From contig OX597830.1 of NCBI GenBank assembly GCA_951406725.2, positions 23,808,001-23,872,000 of the forward strand: a stretch of DNA of 64,000 nucleotides, written 5' to 3'. A program made the translations under genes and the position numbers. Under the pieces are notes generated by a model. That model was given only the letters and a program-made list of their open reading frames with translations, was not told where the DNA came from and searched no databases. Of the stretch, positions 39,775 through 55,459 are shown piece by piece (within the stretch, counting starts at the first letter, position 1; each line of letters opens with the position of its first letter). This DNA is from Octopus vulgaris (Eukaryota).

Positions 39775-40157
39775 GTGGAGGCGCAATGGCCTAGTGGTTA
39801 GGGCAGCGGACTCGCGGTCATAGGATCGCGGTTTCGATTCCCAGACCGGGCGTTGTGAGTGTTTATTGAGCGAAAACACCTAAAGCTCCACGAGGCTCCG
39901 GCAGGGATGGTGGTGATCCCTGCTGTACTCTTTCACCACAACTTTCTCTCACTCTTACTTCCTGTTTCTGTTGTACCTGTATTTCAAAGGGCCGGCCTTG
40001 TCACTCTCTGTGTCACGCTGAATATCCCCGAGAACTACGTTAAGGGTACACGTGTCTGTGGAGTGCTCATCCACTTACACGTTAATTTCACGAGCAGGCT
40101 GTTCTGTTGATTCGGATCAACCGGAACCCTCGTCATCGTAACCGACGGAGTGCTTCC
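39775..40157 (+). mobile_element. SINE-C full young copy with 11-bp TSD
   Basis: tRNA-like head GTGGAGGCGCAATGGCCTAGTGGTTAGGGCAGCGGACTCGCGGTCATAGGATCGCGGTTTCGATTCCC; TSD AGTAAGTATAA at 39764-39774 and 40158-40168; nearly identical to 62992-63374. Confidence 0.95.
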
Positions 40158-40386
40158 AGTAAGTATAAAAAAAACAACATTCAGAAGCAATAATGATTTA
40201 TTGGGGCGGAAGGTTGTTGTTGTTTTTAATTTTTCACGGTTTGCAACGAGGGTTGCCGAGTTTGCGGGTAAGAATAGAACAGTTAAGGAATGGAGTAGAT
40301 AAGATCCAGGATGCATATGTTTCAGAGTGTGCGGAACCTCGGAAGTAGTAAATATCTATACGAGGTGTATCATGCAGGCCACCAAG

Positions 40387-40479
<93 letters not shown>

Positions 40480-40672
40480 GTGTGTGTGTGTGTGTATGTT
40501 ATGTGTGTGTGTGTATATGTGTAAAATTTCAACATCCTACACGTCAATGGAACACACGGAAAATTCAAACACAAAAGGTGGACGTGTTCTTTCCCTATCA
40601 TTTATCGTCCCAAAAATTATAACAATTTTGCTCCTTTAACGAAATATGTCTATATATTTCTATGTCTTTCTA

Positions 40673-40731
<59 letters not shown>

Positions 40732-41027
40732 ATGGATCTGTATGCCACAATATCTTTTTGTGTCTCAATTCTATTCTTCGTCGCTATATCCCTATTTGTT
40801 TTTTAATCTAAATTTCTTTGCATTTCGGTGTCGCTTGGCTCCACTTTGTGTCTCTCTGTGTCTCTCATAATCACTTTTGCCTTTGTGTCTTTGTGTTTCA
40901 CTGGTTTCTTTCGTAGTTCTACGTCTCCCCGTGACTTCCTTTGTAGCAGTGCCTGTCTCTGGCATTTTCCATTCCTTGGAATTTCTGCTTCTCTCTCTCC
41001 TGGTCTCCCTCTTTCTCGCTCTCTTCA

Positions 41028-41432
<405 letters not shown>

Positions 41433-41759
41433 TGCTACGATATTATGTGTCCTTTACTCTCAGCTCGATTTTCAATAATTTTTGGTTGGAATTCATTTAC
41501 GTGGCAGACGACATCAGAAATATATTTTTTGGCGATTCAATTTAATTAAGAGAATTCTGTCATTCACAGTGCTACTTGCCGTCTTCAGAGCTGTAGTGTC
41601 AGACTTAGAAGTCAATATTATTTGCAGAAACATTCTACCACACTTCACATCATCTTTCATTCTACAATGGAATTGGTTTAAAAACAAACGGACAAACAAA
41701 TGAACAAAATAAAGACTATTTAGTTTGAGTGTATGTTTATACACAAACGTGTTTGTTCG

Positions 41760-42765
<1,006 letters not shown>

Positions 42766-43150
42766 CTTCATAGGCGTATAGACATAGCTATATGATAAAT
42801 TTATTTTTCTTTTACTGACTGAACACTAGGTTAAGATGGTGAATTTAATTAAAAGCCACGCTGGGTTGATAGAACGGACACCGTAATATACTGAAAAGAA
42901 GAAGAAGAGAAAATGAAAAATAAATGCAAAAATCCCCACCGAACTAAAACAAAACAAGATAACAAAAGCAAAAAGACAATATAGTTGGATTAAAAACAAC
43001 AACAACAAATCTAAAAGACTAAGAAAAAAAAGAAACGCGCACACTCACAATAGTACAGACAAAGAAAAAATATTTACATGTGTATATATTAGTTTTGTGT
43101 TGTTGTCTGAGTAATGTACAACAGTATGAAGAACAGTAACAGAACACAGT

Positions 43151-43570
<420 letters not shown>

Positions 43571-43982
43571 TATTTGCTATAAAGACAACAAAGAGGTAAC
43601 GCCGGAGTGTAATACAATACAATACAATATAATTCACTAGAAATTCAGTGATATACAAATAATCATAAATTGGAGATGTACACGCACACACACGCATACG
43701 TTCCCATATATGTGTGTGTGTATGTGTGTGTGTGTGTATGTGTGTGTAGATATATGTATGTATGTATGTATATATATGTATGTATATGTATGCATATATA
43801 GCTATATATATATATAATTGTTTATATACGTACACACACACAAAACACACACATACACATACACACACACATATATATACACATACTCATAGACGGGCAT
43901 TGATAGACATATAGATAGATAAATAGATGCGTAGTTAGCTATACCCTTAAATATATGCATATATATATATATGTGTGTGTAA

Positions 43983-44013
<31 letters not shown>

Positions 44014-44042
44014 CATTATATATATATATCAATCACATATAC

Positions 44043-44091
<49 letters not shown>

Positions 44092-45063
44092 TTGCATACT
44101 CATACACACATACATATACATACATATTATAAATGTGTATCGCATAGAGACACATACACACTTACATGTTGCATACATATATACATACATGTATACTTAC
44201 TAGCAGATTACCTGGCGATGTTCCAGCAGGAATTATAGACATACACCCATGGATGGATATATACATATATATACACACATAAATACACACACACACTCAC
44301 ATACACACACACACACATTCACATATATAATATATAGCATAAAATTGTTTGTAATGAAGGCATGTTCGGCTTAAAGAAATCTCTTATATTTCTCTTGAAT
44401 ATTTATCTTTCTTTAAAAGACGAAACTGCTTTCCCCAGCGTCTGTATCACTCCAGTGTCTGTTGTAATGAACTAAAGATACGTGTTCAGTATGAATAATA
44501 TATATCCTAATTTAATTATGCAAATGAAAAATATAACATGCTAAATAAGAAAACAGGATTAAACGAACGTGAAAATAAGTTATCTACTTTTTAATGCCAT
44601 GTTCTGTCTTCTATTTTGAAATATACAGTTTCCAAATTCTGTTGTATCCAGAGAGGTTTATTATGCCAATAACAAGCACACACAAACGGAGGTGGTATTT
44701 TATTTGTTATAACATTACTATTAGTAAATTGGTTAATCATTTAACAAAATAAATAATCGATTGTTTCATTATTCGCCCGGTCGATCAATCGATCAACCAG
44801 TGAGCTAGATTTGTCAAATTCCTTTCGTCGTCATTCGTGACATACTCTTTATACTCCATTTCTGCTTCAGTAATTTAAGAATAGAGTAGAAACCGGTGTG
44901 TTAGGAGATAAACCATTCATGAAAAAAAAATTATTGTTAAAACGTGTTGCAAATGTAGAACCTCAAGGAAAACCACATATCCACATATTTGAACCAGTGC
45001 AGCGATAAAGAATGATGTGTAGAATTGCAATGAACTCCAGCTTCAGTAATGTTAGATTTAAAT

Positions 45064-45480
45064 AGGCGCGTCGGACAAAATGCTTAGTAACATTTCCTAT
45101 AACTCTTTACATTCTGAGTTCAAATTCCAGCTAGGTTGACTTTTCCTTTCATTTCTTTGAGGTCGATAAATTAAGTATTATACCAGATGAGTACTGGAGT
45201 TAATTTAATCGACTACCTCTTCCACTCAAATTTTATTCCTTGTGTCTATAATATAATTAAGACTGCGATTGGTCGCAATCGTAAATGCATTGGACAAAAT
45301 GCTAAGCAGTATTTCATCTGGTTCTTTGTATTCTGAGTTCAAATGCCGATGAAGTCGACCTTCTCTTTCATCCTTTCGAATTCACTAAAGTAAGTGCCAG
45401 TTGAGCAATGGGATCGATGTAAGCGACCTACCTCTTTCTCTAAAATTGCTGTCCTTGTGCCCAGATTTGAAACTATATTA
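45064..45480 (+). mobile_element. Two old SINE-A copies
   Basis: TTCTGAGTTCAAAT and central-domain remnants at ~45112 and ~45331. Confidence 0.75.
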
Positions 45481-45517
45481 AATCTATATCTTTCATAGTC
45501 CTGGTAATTTTGAACAA

Positions 45518-47870
45518 TTAAATGCAAGCGCTTCGAGAAACACAATGTCTTCGGTTTTACATCCGGGGAATATAAAAAAATATTCTAAAGTTTTCCAGCG
45601 CTTGAATATCCTGCATAAGATTGACCACGAGAAGGACATAATTCATCAAACTGCAATCTAGGAAGCGTTCAATTTTACCCTTGGAAAAGACTAAGTAAAC
45701 GAGAAACCGAAGTCTTCGAAATAACGCATCAGCTAATATGGGTAGATTCCTGGAAATGCTTGTATCATCTCCATTGGCATAGTAATAGTTATAATAGGAG
45801 GTAAAAACTTCTCAGCCAATTAGTCTTGTGTCATTGCACAGCTCTAACTGATCTAAATGATGCTGCCACGTTATTGGGTGGCCCTTTTCTTTTAACATGG
45901 TGTCTATATTGATGTAGTTTGAAGATTCTAAGGAATCTTAAAATTCTGTCGGACAGTGAACCACTTCTTGCTCCATAATGGCATACATTGATTTTTCAGG
46001 TAAAACTTTTTTCTGGAAGTGTCTCCGATGTTGTTGACCAGAGTATTATGGCTGCAAGTATTGCAGTCTCACACAACCACGTGTGTGTCAGTTAATAATG
46101 CTGCTGGTTAGGACTACCCTAAACATTAAGTTGTCTTTTATCTTACCCAGTGTGCCTATAGGAGCTGGGACCGTGGGGTCATTAATGCTGGATAGCCATC
46201 TTCCATCTCTAATCTATATCAAAGTTTTAGCAATTTCACCAAATATCTGATCTCCAAGCAGATGGATTTTCATGTTTCTTGATAGTTTAAGGGTTTTCAC
46301 TTTGGCTCAAGGCGATGACAATTAATACCAGGTATGGGCATTACCATTTTTTTCTTCAATAGCAGGGTCCCCTGTCACTTGCTACTGATCTCCTCTCATT
46401 AGAAATCCATTTCTGCGCAAGTCCTAAAATTTCCAATCCAGGGCCTCCTGAGTTCATTTATGTACCACTGTACATTCGTCATAGACAACCAACAGGTACC
46501 TCTTCCGAATTTCCACCTATTGTTGAGCTATTTGTATCTAAGTCAGAAAAACTTGGAGGTAGAATGTGTTCTCTTTCATGAATGGACCAAGAAAAATAAA
46601 TCTAAAAATTAATAAATAAATAACAGAATTCCTCATTTATGTTGCTGCAGGTTCCCTTCTAGAATTGGGTAAGTTTATTGATTTGTATTGCCAGAGCCAT
46701 TGTTGAAACGTTTGGCGGATTTATAAAATTGCGGAGTCATGCGTGTCCAGTAGAGAACTATTCAACACTTGTGATTTTCATGAAGCCCTACAAAGTATTC
46801 TAAGTCTCTGCTTCTATTACTCTGCAAGAGGGATAGCCATCTTCACGTGTTTGGCTCGGCTTGAAAGATAGCGTTGGAAACTTTGCTGCTGCTTTGTCTT
46901 CCATGCCACTCTCGTGGATCGCCTATTTTTTTACTTTGACAATATTGAACAGTTCTTCACTATCGGTTTCAAATTTTGGCACAACGTCAGCATTTTGTGG
47001 GAGTGGGTAAGTCTATTACATCGACCCCCAGTGTCCAACTGGTTCTTATTTTATCGACTCTGAAAAGATAAAAGCAAAGTTGACCTCGGCCGAATTTGAA
47101 CTCAGAACGTAAGACGGACGAAATGCCGCAAACGATTCTGCCAGCTACCCGCCTGAGAGTTTTTCAACATTGAAAAAAAATTCAGATATAATGGAATCAA
47201 ATCGATTGGGGTGAATATTTTTTCTTAATCGGATCAAACTATGGGGAGCCCCTATTTTGTCATTTTACGTTAAACACATCTTAAGTTCTAAGTGGAGAAC
47301 CCTGAGAATGTATGCTTGCATTAAAAGTGTCTTTTCTTAACTATCTTTTCATATGGATTGCAGCTGAAAGTAATGAAGAATTCTGAGTAGTCGATACGAC
47401 GAATATATGGGTTATATCTTGTGTTCTTCCCTTCAGAGTCGAGGACTACCAGAATAATTTGGAGAAAGAATGCAAAGCTATTCAAACTTTTCTCCAAATT
47501 CATCATTATTGACTGCATCTCGTAGATGCGTGTAAGAACCCATCGTCGGATATTTTTGATCAGTTCTAATCTAACACAATTTTCTTAGATGCATCTTTGT
47601 AAACTTACCAGCCGCAAAATGATAGGAAGGATTTTAACTTTGATGCGTGAGGTGAAATGAATTGTCTCAAACCATGAAATGTGAGGCGTAGGAATTCATG
47701 CAAAAGGCAGATTTTGAAGAATTTCATTCGGCTTGTGATGTTCCAAAGTGATTTTAGCTTTATAGTAGGAATATTCTTTGTAGCGAATCGCTCATAAAAG
47801 GGAAAGCTAGGTTTGAATTTGCAACAAGAAAATTTGACTTTCGTAATGTTGCCGCAAATAAAATGCATCA
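45518..47870 (-). pseudogene. Decayed Helitron Rep-helicase (HUH Rep + PIF1-type helicase), internally deleted and interrupted by SINE-A (46963-47154)
   Basis: Manual minus-strand translation gives, in the expected order: SYTHLRDAVNND, FFITFSCNP (Rep motif 1), VK*QNRGSP (cf. EWQKRGLPHxH), LVVYDECTVVHK*TQEALD, VKTLKLSRNMKIHL, WLCETAILA, HCPTEF*DSLE, LCNDTRL, FRRLRF, SRGQSYAGYSS (cf. SHGQLYVxxSRV), KTEDIVFLEAL. Confidence 0.88.
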
Positions 47871-48159
47871 GTTAGTGAAAACAGAGTATTAGTTTATTGT
47901 AATTTATTTAAATGGAAAATGATATTTCACGGGTGTAAGTTCAAACGAACAAATATAGTCTTATCATTTATGAATGATTCGCTACATATTAATACAAACG
48001 GAAGTTATAGAGAAACTGAAACAAATGCGATTTTAAATAGATATGAAATTGCAAGGATAAAGAAAGACGCAAACTGAGACTACAAACTGAGAGATTGGAG
48101 ATATAAAATGTAAATAAAAAGAAATGACCCTGAGAAAAGGGAAATTGTAAGGATGTATG

Positions 48160-48593
48160 ATAAAAGTGGGCGAGATGGAAAGCGAGAGAAAAAGGAAAGA
48201 ACAATAGAAGTGAGAGAGAGATAGAGAGAAAGACAGTGAGAGAGAGAGAGAGAGAGTGAGAGGGACAGAGAGAAGGGAGAAAGGGAGAGAGAGAGGGGGA
48301 TAGGCAGTTGATTGGAAGAGGTGACGATTGAGGAGCAGAGATTATGGGAGAGATAAGGAGATATGGGACAAAGAGCGAAAGACTAGAAAAGAAGAAAAAT
48401 ATAAGTAGAGAGAGAGAAAGAGAGAGAGAGAGAGACAGACAAATAGACAGAACAAGGGAGAGCGAGAGGGAGCGGATAGGACCGAGAAAAAGGGGGATAT
48501 AATAGTAGAAAGTTGTAAGAGAAAAGGGGACAGAGCGTAAAATGAGTTTAAGAAGAGAAAGAGAAATACCGACAGTAGGACACTGAAAGATTG

Positions 48594-48679
<86 letters not shown>

Positions 48680-48680
48680 C
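48160..48680. repeat. Purine-rich (GA)n low-complexity tract
   Basis: Read directly; source of the 243-aa SL-rich ORF. Confidence 0.9.
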
Positions 48681-49068
48681 GTGTGTGTGTGTATGTGTGT
48701 AAACATTCTGAAAGCGGCAAAACGTTCCATGATGAACAGGAAATGAATTAAAGCATGGGGTTCAACCCGATTGTAATTACATACTAAAGATCTGAGAAGA
48801 TACACTTAGACATATTTTCTAAAACACATTATACACAAGCACAGACATTATAACATATACCCACACACGCACGCACATACACATATCTGTGTGTAAACTT
48901 CTGCCACATCCGCCCTCTGGCCTGCTTCACGTCTTGGTAGGCCAGTTTTGTCGCGAGCTGACACGACGTTCCCAACTCTGTTTATATCTGTAAGTGTATA
49001 TGTGCGAGTCTGTGTGTGTGTGAATGTGTGTGTGTGTGTGTAGGGGTGTGTAGATGTCTTTGTGCGTG

Positions 49069-49404
49069 GGATCTTTTCATTTGTGAAGCCAGTTTTTCCA
49101 AATTTTTCCTACTGAACCAAACAATTTGAAACTTCGTATACTGGTAGAATGTGTCAAAAGTAAACTTAATTGTAAACCAGAATGAAAACGGAATTGTAAC
49201 TTCTAAGTTTAACATTGTTTAATAATTAGAATTTTGACCAATGGTATTCCGTCATTCGGCTTCATATTATTTACTCCGTCTCGACCACCAATTTCGTGAC
49301 GTATTAAACATGTGGTATCTGAAATGTAAACAAACTATTTTCGAGTGAATACTCGGTGTATGTGTATCTGTATGTATGTATGTATGTGTGTGTGTGTGTG
49401 TGTG

Positions 49405-49437
<33 letters not shown>

Positions 49438-49939
49438 ATCTATGTGTGTGTGTGTGTGTATGTAAAACTATAACGATGTTAATTTTTTTCGAGTGAATAC
49501 TCGGTGTATGTGTATCTGTATGTATGTGTGTGTGTGTATGTATCTATGTATGTATGTGTGTGTATGTATGTGTGTGTGTGTGTGTGTATCTATGTGTGTG
49601 TGTGTATGTAAAACTATAACTCTTTCGTCTTCAACACAAGAAAATAACTGGATAACACACGTGCTTATTAGCCTCAAATGTGCACAGTTGCTACGTCACA
49701 AAACTGCTTTCTACGTCACACTAACAGAATGCAGTAACGTATTATATGTGAAAACAAGCAATCTCATTGGTTAAAATTCGCAGTTTTAATCTACGATTAA
49801 AGTCATAAAATAGATTTTTCTCAAATAAACTAGTTCCAACTTGTGTCTTGTTTTGAGATACTCTACGAATACACGAAGTTTCAAATTATTTAGTTAACTA
49901 GAAAGATCTGCGGTCCTGGCCACGATATTGAAAAGATCC
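49069..49939. mobile_element. Non-autonomous DNA transposon (MITE) with GG-initial TIRs and 8-bp TSD (Merlin-like)
   Basis: TSD TGTGCGTG at 49061-49068 and 49940-49947. Terminal GGATCTTTTCA / TGAAAAGATCC, with a subterminal inverted match AATTTGAAACTTCGT / ACGAAGTTTCAAATT. Superfamily assignment is tentative. Confidence 0.85.
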
Positions 49940-50150
49940 TGTGCGTGTTTCTTTACTTATACAAACATTACTCTTTTACTTATTTCAGTCATTTGACTGA
50001 GCCATGCTCGAGCAAATCGACCCCAGGACTTATTCTTTGCAAGCCTAGTACTTATTCTATCGGTTTCTTTTGCCGAACCGCTAAGTTACGGGGGCGTAAA
50101 CACACCAGCATCGGTTGTCAAGCGATTTTAGGGGAGACAAACACAGACAC

Positions 50151-50228
<78 letters not shown>

Positions 50229-50303
50229 GAATAACTCAATATATACTAGATTGAATACTGGCAATCATATTTTTATATGATGATGATGATGATGATGTAA
50301 TCT

Positions 50304-50482
50304 ACTTTATTGTCTTACAGCTGATTCTGCTATAGGACGCAGTTTGGTGAGAGTTTTAGTATCGCCTTATCGCTTCCTCAGAGCAGCTTCTAATTTGACG
50401 TGCATTTACATAGATATGTAAAACATTCAGCTCTGAGTGCATTACACCCTATAGCAGAAACAGCAGTGAGTTAATGAAGTTG
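50304..50482. repeat. Short inverted-repeat element with GAA(A/T)CAGC(T/A)GT ends
   Basis: ACTTTATTGTCTTACAGCTGATTCTGCTATAGG is the imperfect reverse complement of CCTATAGCAGAAACAGCAGTGAGTTAATGAAGT. Confidence 0.7.
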
Positions 50483-50624
50483 TTTACATAATTTCTGTTT
50501 TCCTGTCATTTACTTAATTTCATATTATGCTTTGTATTCGTCTAACATTCTATTCTGAAGGATATGTATAATGAAATCGAATACCAGGTTATTAGCATCG
50601 CAATGCCAAAGCGAGATCTTTATG

Positions 50625-50682
<58 letters not shown>

Positions 50683-51488
50683 CGTGGTTGTATGTATAGG
50701 TGATTAATGTTTACTCAAACCGAGGTTTATAAATACCGAGATTCTGAAATTAAAAATTTAGCATTAAACATTTAATGGTTGACAAAGTATTTTAGATGAA
50801 AAGGCTGTGAATAAAAGACATAATATGTTAAAATCAACGAAATGTACGGTGATAGACGAAGAGGCAATGAGGTGAACATGAAAAGAAAGGAAAGGGAAAG
50901 AGAGAGAGAGAGAGAGAGAGAGACGAATGAAAATATGTAGCGGGAGATGTTAGAGAACGAGAGGAAAATGTGGTCCTTTATACAATAAGCTGCGTTACAG
51001 GGATAGTACACACTCAAGGATAGTATAGCGAGAATATTTCCTTTTGTACAGTGCCTTACCAAAGTTCTTGATAAAAATTCATAAATTCAAATTTTGAGCT
51101 ATAAAATAATTAAAATATATTTTTTAAAATGGCTTAAGCAAAATTACAAACTTGAGTTAGAGTGAGAAAGGGAGAGGGAGAGAGAGAGAGGGGGAGAGAG
51201 AAAGAGGGAGAGGGAGAGAGATTGAAAAGGAAGAGAGAGAAAGGAGAGAGAGTGGCTGTGCGTGTGTGTATTTGTCACTTGCAATTTGGCAACCGGTGTA
51301 AGTTTCTTCCTGTTCCTGTTTGGAGGACATAGCGGTTCAGCGAAATGATATGCGATAGAAGAAGGATAAGAATTCGATCGACTAAACACCAAAAGGCGGT
51401 ACTCCAGAATGGTTGCAGTCCAATGACTAAAACAAGTAGAATACACATACACACACGCTAACACCCACCATCACCACACGTATATACA

Positions 51489-51560
<72 letters not shown>

Positions 51561-51645
51561 GTATATATATTAGGGAATAAATTATTATTCCAACCATACA
51601 AGTATAATTCAGTATAATAATATTAGACCGTCGTAATATATAATA

Positions 51646-51722
<77 letters not shown>

Positions 51723-51954
51723 CTTTGTGTCTGTGGCTGCCCCTCCACCGTTTGAGAACCGGTGTTAATATGTTTATGTTCTCGTAACTCAGCTGTTCGA
51801 GAGAAAGAACGATAGACTAAATGATAGGCTTAAAATATAATACTATTTATAGATATTGAGATCGATTTGTTCGACTAAAATTCTTCATTATAGTGCCCCA
51901 GCATGGTGTCGTAGTCTGATGACTGACTGATGCAAGTAAAAGATGAAAGCTACA

Positions 51955-52020
<66 letters not shown>

Positions 52021-52049
52021 GCACATATATATACATATATACATATATA

Positions 52050-52375
52050 TTTAAAAGAAGAAGTGAAACTGGAGATAAGAAATACAATAATTGTTTATTA
52101 TTAACAAATTGGTCATCTTCGCTTCTTACAGCCGTTTCTCTTAATACTCGGCAGAAATAAATTGATAGCCCACATATAACATTTAATGGTGCATCTTGTT
52201 TTTTTTTCCGCCTGATAAAATTATACTCATGTCACATAAATGTAAATTTAATGTACAATTTTGTTATTAAATGATTGAGTATTAATTGAAACGGTTGTAA
52301 GAAGCGAGGATGACCAATTTGCTAATCATAAACAATTATTAACTTCCTTATCTCCGTTTTCCTTTCTTTAAAATG
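52050..52375. repeat. ~100-bp inverted repeat pair next to (TA)n, Penelope-terminus-like
   Basis: GGAGATAAG...AATAATTGTTTAT..TTA.CAAATTGGTCATC.TCGCTTCTTACA.CCGTTTC..TTAATACTC mirrors GAGTATTAA..GAAACGGTTGTAAGAAGCGAGGATGACCAATTTG...CTTATCTCC. Confidence 0.85.
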
Positions 52376-52492
52376 AATATAAAATATATGCTTAATATAT
52401 ACCTATTGTTCTAAGGGAATTTCATTCACTCACAATACTTTCCTTGGATACAGCCATCCCTTCCTATTAGAGGTTAATATATTCTCTCATTA

Positions 52493-52567
<75 letters not shown>

Positions 52568-53259
52568 ACACACACTCACATATGCATTCTACAAAAAAAT
52601 TTTCTCGGACATAAAATATGTTTCTTGCGAACGTACAGTTCGTCCAGCAACGTCATTATCAGACATCAGAGATACCACTTAGATAAAAAAAAAAAAAAGT
52701 TACTACTTGTATATCCAGCCTAATAATTCCAAAATTCTAAATCAAAATATATCATATAAAGCCAAAATATGTAGACTTCAAATACGAACTTTGTGCGTGT
52801 AAAACCTTTCAGTGAAAATTACTCTCCACTGGGAATGCTATTACAGTGTGAATAAAATCAATAATATTCTCTTACTAATCTGTCTGACACCTCCCGATGA
52901 AGGTGCAGCGAGTGTGTATATTTATTTCTATATTAATTACTATAACAGCTCTGCTCTGACTTTTATGGTTAATTTCAGCCATACGGCGAGGTCATATTTG
53001 AATTCCCAGTAGTTCGACGGTGTGACTTTGGTTTGGGCATTGTCTGTCTATATAAAACGAATATCTTTCTCTAATGGGTATTTTCGGCGTTTGCTGATGA
53101 TGATAAAGTGCAGGTGATTATGAAACATTTTGGCACAGCCGTTCTGTCGCCACCTATTTGGCGTTGCTCATTCAATGCTGACTTATTTGATAAAAGCCAT
53201 TTTATTGTTTCTATGGTTTTGATGTTTCTCCTACCATTTCCTTCCACCATCCCTCCCCG

Positions 53260-53294
<35 letters not shown>

Positions 53295-53305
53295 TTTATG
53301 GATAC

Positions 53306-53516
53306 TCTTTTACTCGTTTACTTGCTTCAGTCATTTGACTGCGGTCATGCTGGAGCACGGCCTTTAGTCGATGAAATCGACCCTAGGACTTATTCTTTGT
53401 AAGCCTAGTACTTATTCTATGGGTCACTTTTGCCGAACGGCTATGTTACGGGGACGTAAACACACCAGCATCGGTTGTCAAGCGTTGTTGGGGGTGAACA
53501 AACACAGACACACAAA

Positions 53517-53603
<87 letters not shown>

Positions 53604-53772
53604 ATATATATACGACGGGCTCTTTCAGTTTCCGTCTACCAAACCCACTCGCAAGGTTTTGGGCAGCCCGAGGATATAGTAGAAGACACTTGGCCAAGGT
53701 ACCATGCAGTGGGACTGAACGTGGAACCATGTGGTTAGGAAGCAAGTCTCTTACCACACAGCTGTGCCTGAG
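53306..53772 (-). mobile_element. SINE-B full copy with expanded internal (CA)n(TA)n
   Basis: Both halves near consensus. Confidence 0.9.
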
Positions 53773-54005
53773 CCGCCACGTTTAATTTTAATATGCATTC
53801 GCCTACGCTTGGATGTGTAGTTAAGAAGTTAGGTTTGCAACTACAGGCTTTTTGGGTTCAGTTCCTCTATGCAGCACTTTGGTCTGTTTATCAAGTTTGT
53901 CCCAACATGAGTCTCGACGTGCTTGTCCCCGTAACGATTGGCAACCAGTGTTGGTTTGTTTACGTCCCCATAAATTAGCGATATTCAAATGATCCCGATA
54001 GAATA

Positions 54006-54350
54006 AACAAGAGCACTAAGAAAGCGCAAACCTCCACCAAGGCAACACCAACGTCCTCTCAACGATTAACCGGAGATGATTTTTAAAATGAGAATATTAA
54101 AATGTGAATACTAAAAATGAACCCGACCGCTCTCAAAAATTAAGTAAAAAACCGGAAAAATAATCCGGAATCCTTGTCCTATACCAGATTGATCGCAAAA
54201 TCTAATCCGTTCGTGCCAGTCACGAGGCCAAACATCCCTGAAATTTTCATCCGAATCCATCCAGCAGTTCTTGAGATATCCTTTCCATAGACAAACAAAT
54301 AAACGCAACTGAAAACAATACCTCCGCCTTAGCGAAGGCGGAGGTAATAA
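54006..54350 (-). mobile_element. Helentron/DINE-1-like non-autonomous rolling-circle element nested in an old SINE-B
   Basis: One end carries the hairpin TACCTCCGCCTT-AGCG-AAGGCGGAGGTA. The other end carries the subterminal repeat ACCTCCACCAAGG plus a short stem-loop GCACT-AAGAA-AGCGC. SINE-B sequence resumes on both sides (53810-54005, 54355-54460). Confidence 0.72.
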
Positions 54351-54772
54351 CATACAGAGAATAAGCGCATTGGGGTTGATGGATTAATTTAGCACTACAA
54401 GGTGATGCTCCAGCATGGACGTAATCCAGTTGCTATTCCACGTAAAATAATAAATGAATAAAGAAATAGAAAACTTAAATTTATGTATTTTTATTTAAGC
54501 CATTCGAAAAGTATTCTTTTTCAATTTTATTCGTTTACTTGTTTAAGTCACAAGACTACGGCCATGCTTGAGCACTACCTTGAAAGATTTAGACAACCAG
54601 ATGGAAATTTGTATTCGTTCCGAACTTATTCCATCAATTTCATGATGTTGAATCTTTTAGTTATAAAGAGATAGTTTTCAACTAGCAATAACCACGCCTC
54701 GGGTGCGTGACTGTGTGGTAAAAAGCTTGCTTCCAACCACATGATTCCAGATTACGTGTGTGTTTGTGTTTA

Positions 54773-54816
<44 letters not shown>

Positions 54817-55459
54817 CCACCGCCATTGCACACACACACACACACATATATGCGCAAAAATGCACGCATATGCATGCGCATGCACACGTATTGAAGAGCA
54901 CCTTTCGCTCATTTGCCGAACATCATATTTCCTGACAACATATTCGTAATCTTGGGACAATAAGAGAAGATATTTGCGCAGAGTGCCGAGCATCAGAACT
55001 GAACCTGAGAAGAGGTAACTTAAACAAAACTTCTTAATCTCGTAGCCATCTATTATTGTTTATTATGAAAGGTCTTTTGAAAGTAGAGTGCATTTCACAA
55101 GAAATTTCATACATGCATACGTGCATGCATACATACATATATACATACACGCACATACACGTTCTGACCTAGACATGTACACGCACCTTTGTTTTGCGAT
55201 CACCACTACTTTATTATCTTCCCTTCTTCCTAGTCCTCCTGTGCGACCACTTTGTACGGCATTCGCCATGATAGATCGCTAGCCATTATACCTTTTTCTA
55301 TTTTCTCTCGCTATTTATTTCTGTGTTCCTTTCTGTCGAAAAGCGTAGGCTCGAAACATAAAAGACTTTCTTACTTCCCAAGCGTTAAACTAATACATAT
55401 CTTTGTTGTTTACACACCAGTCTTCGTAATTTTTTTTTTGTGTAAATTCTCACTATATC

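Noticed and set aside
39775-39850. Possible tRNA gene (also 62992, 34063, 34358)
   Set aside because: A and B boxes are present, but there is no complete cloverleaf or terminator and the sequence continues into a SINE body; 39775 and 62992 have TSDs.
39859-40110. Near-identical 81-83 aa ORFs here and at 63076-63321
   Set aside because: Both lie inside young SINE-C copies with TSDs and start at GTG; no coding evidence.
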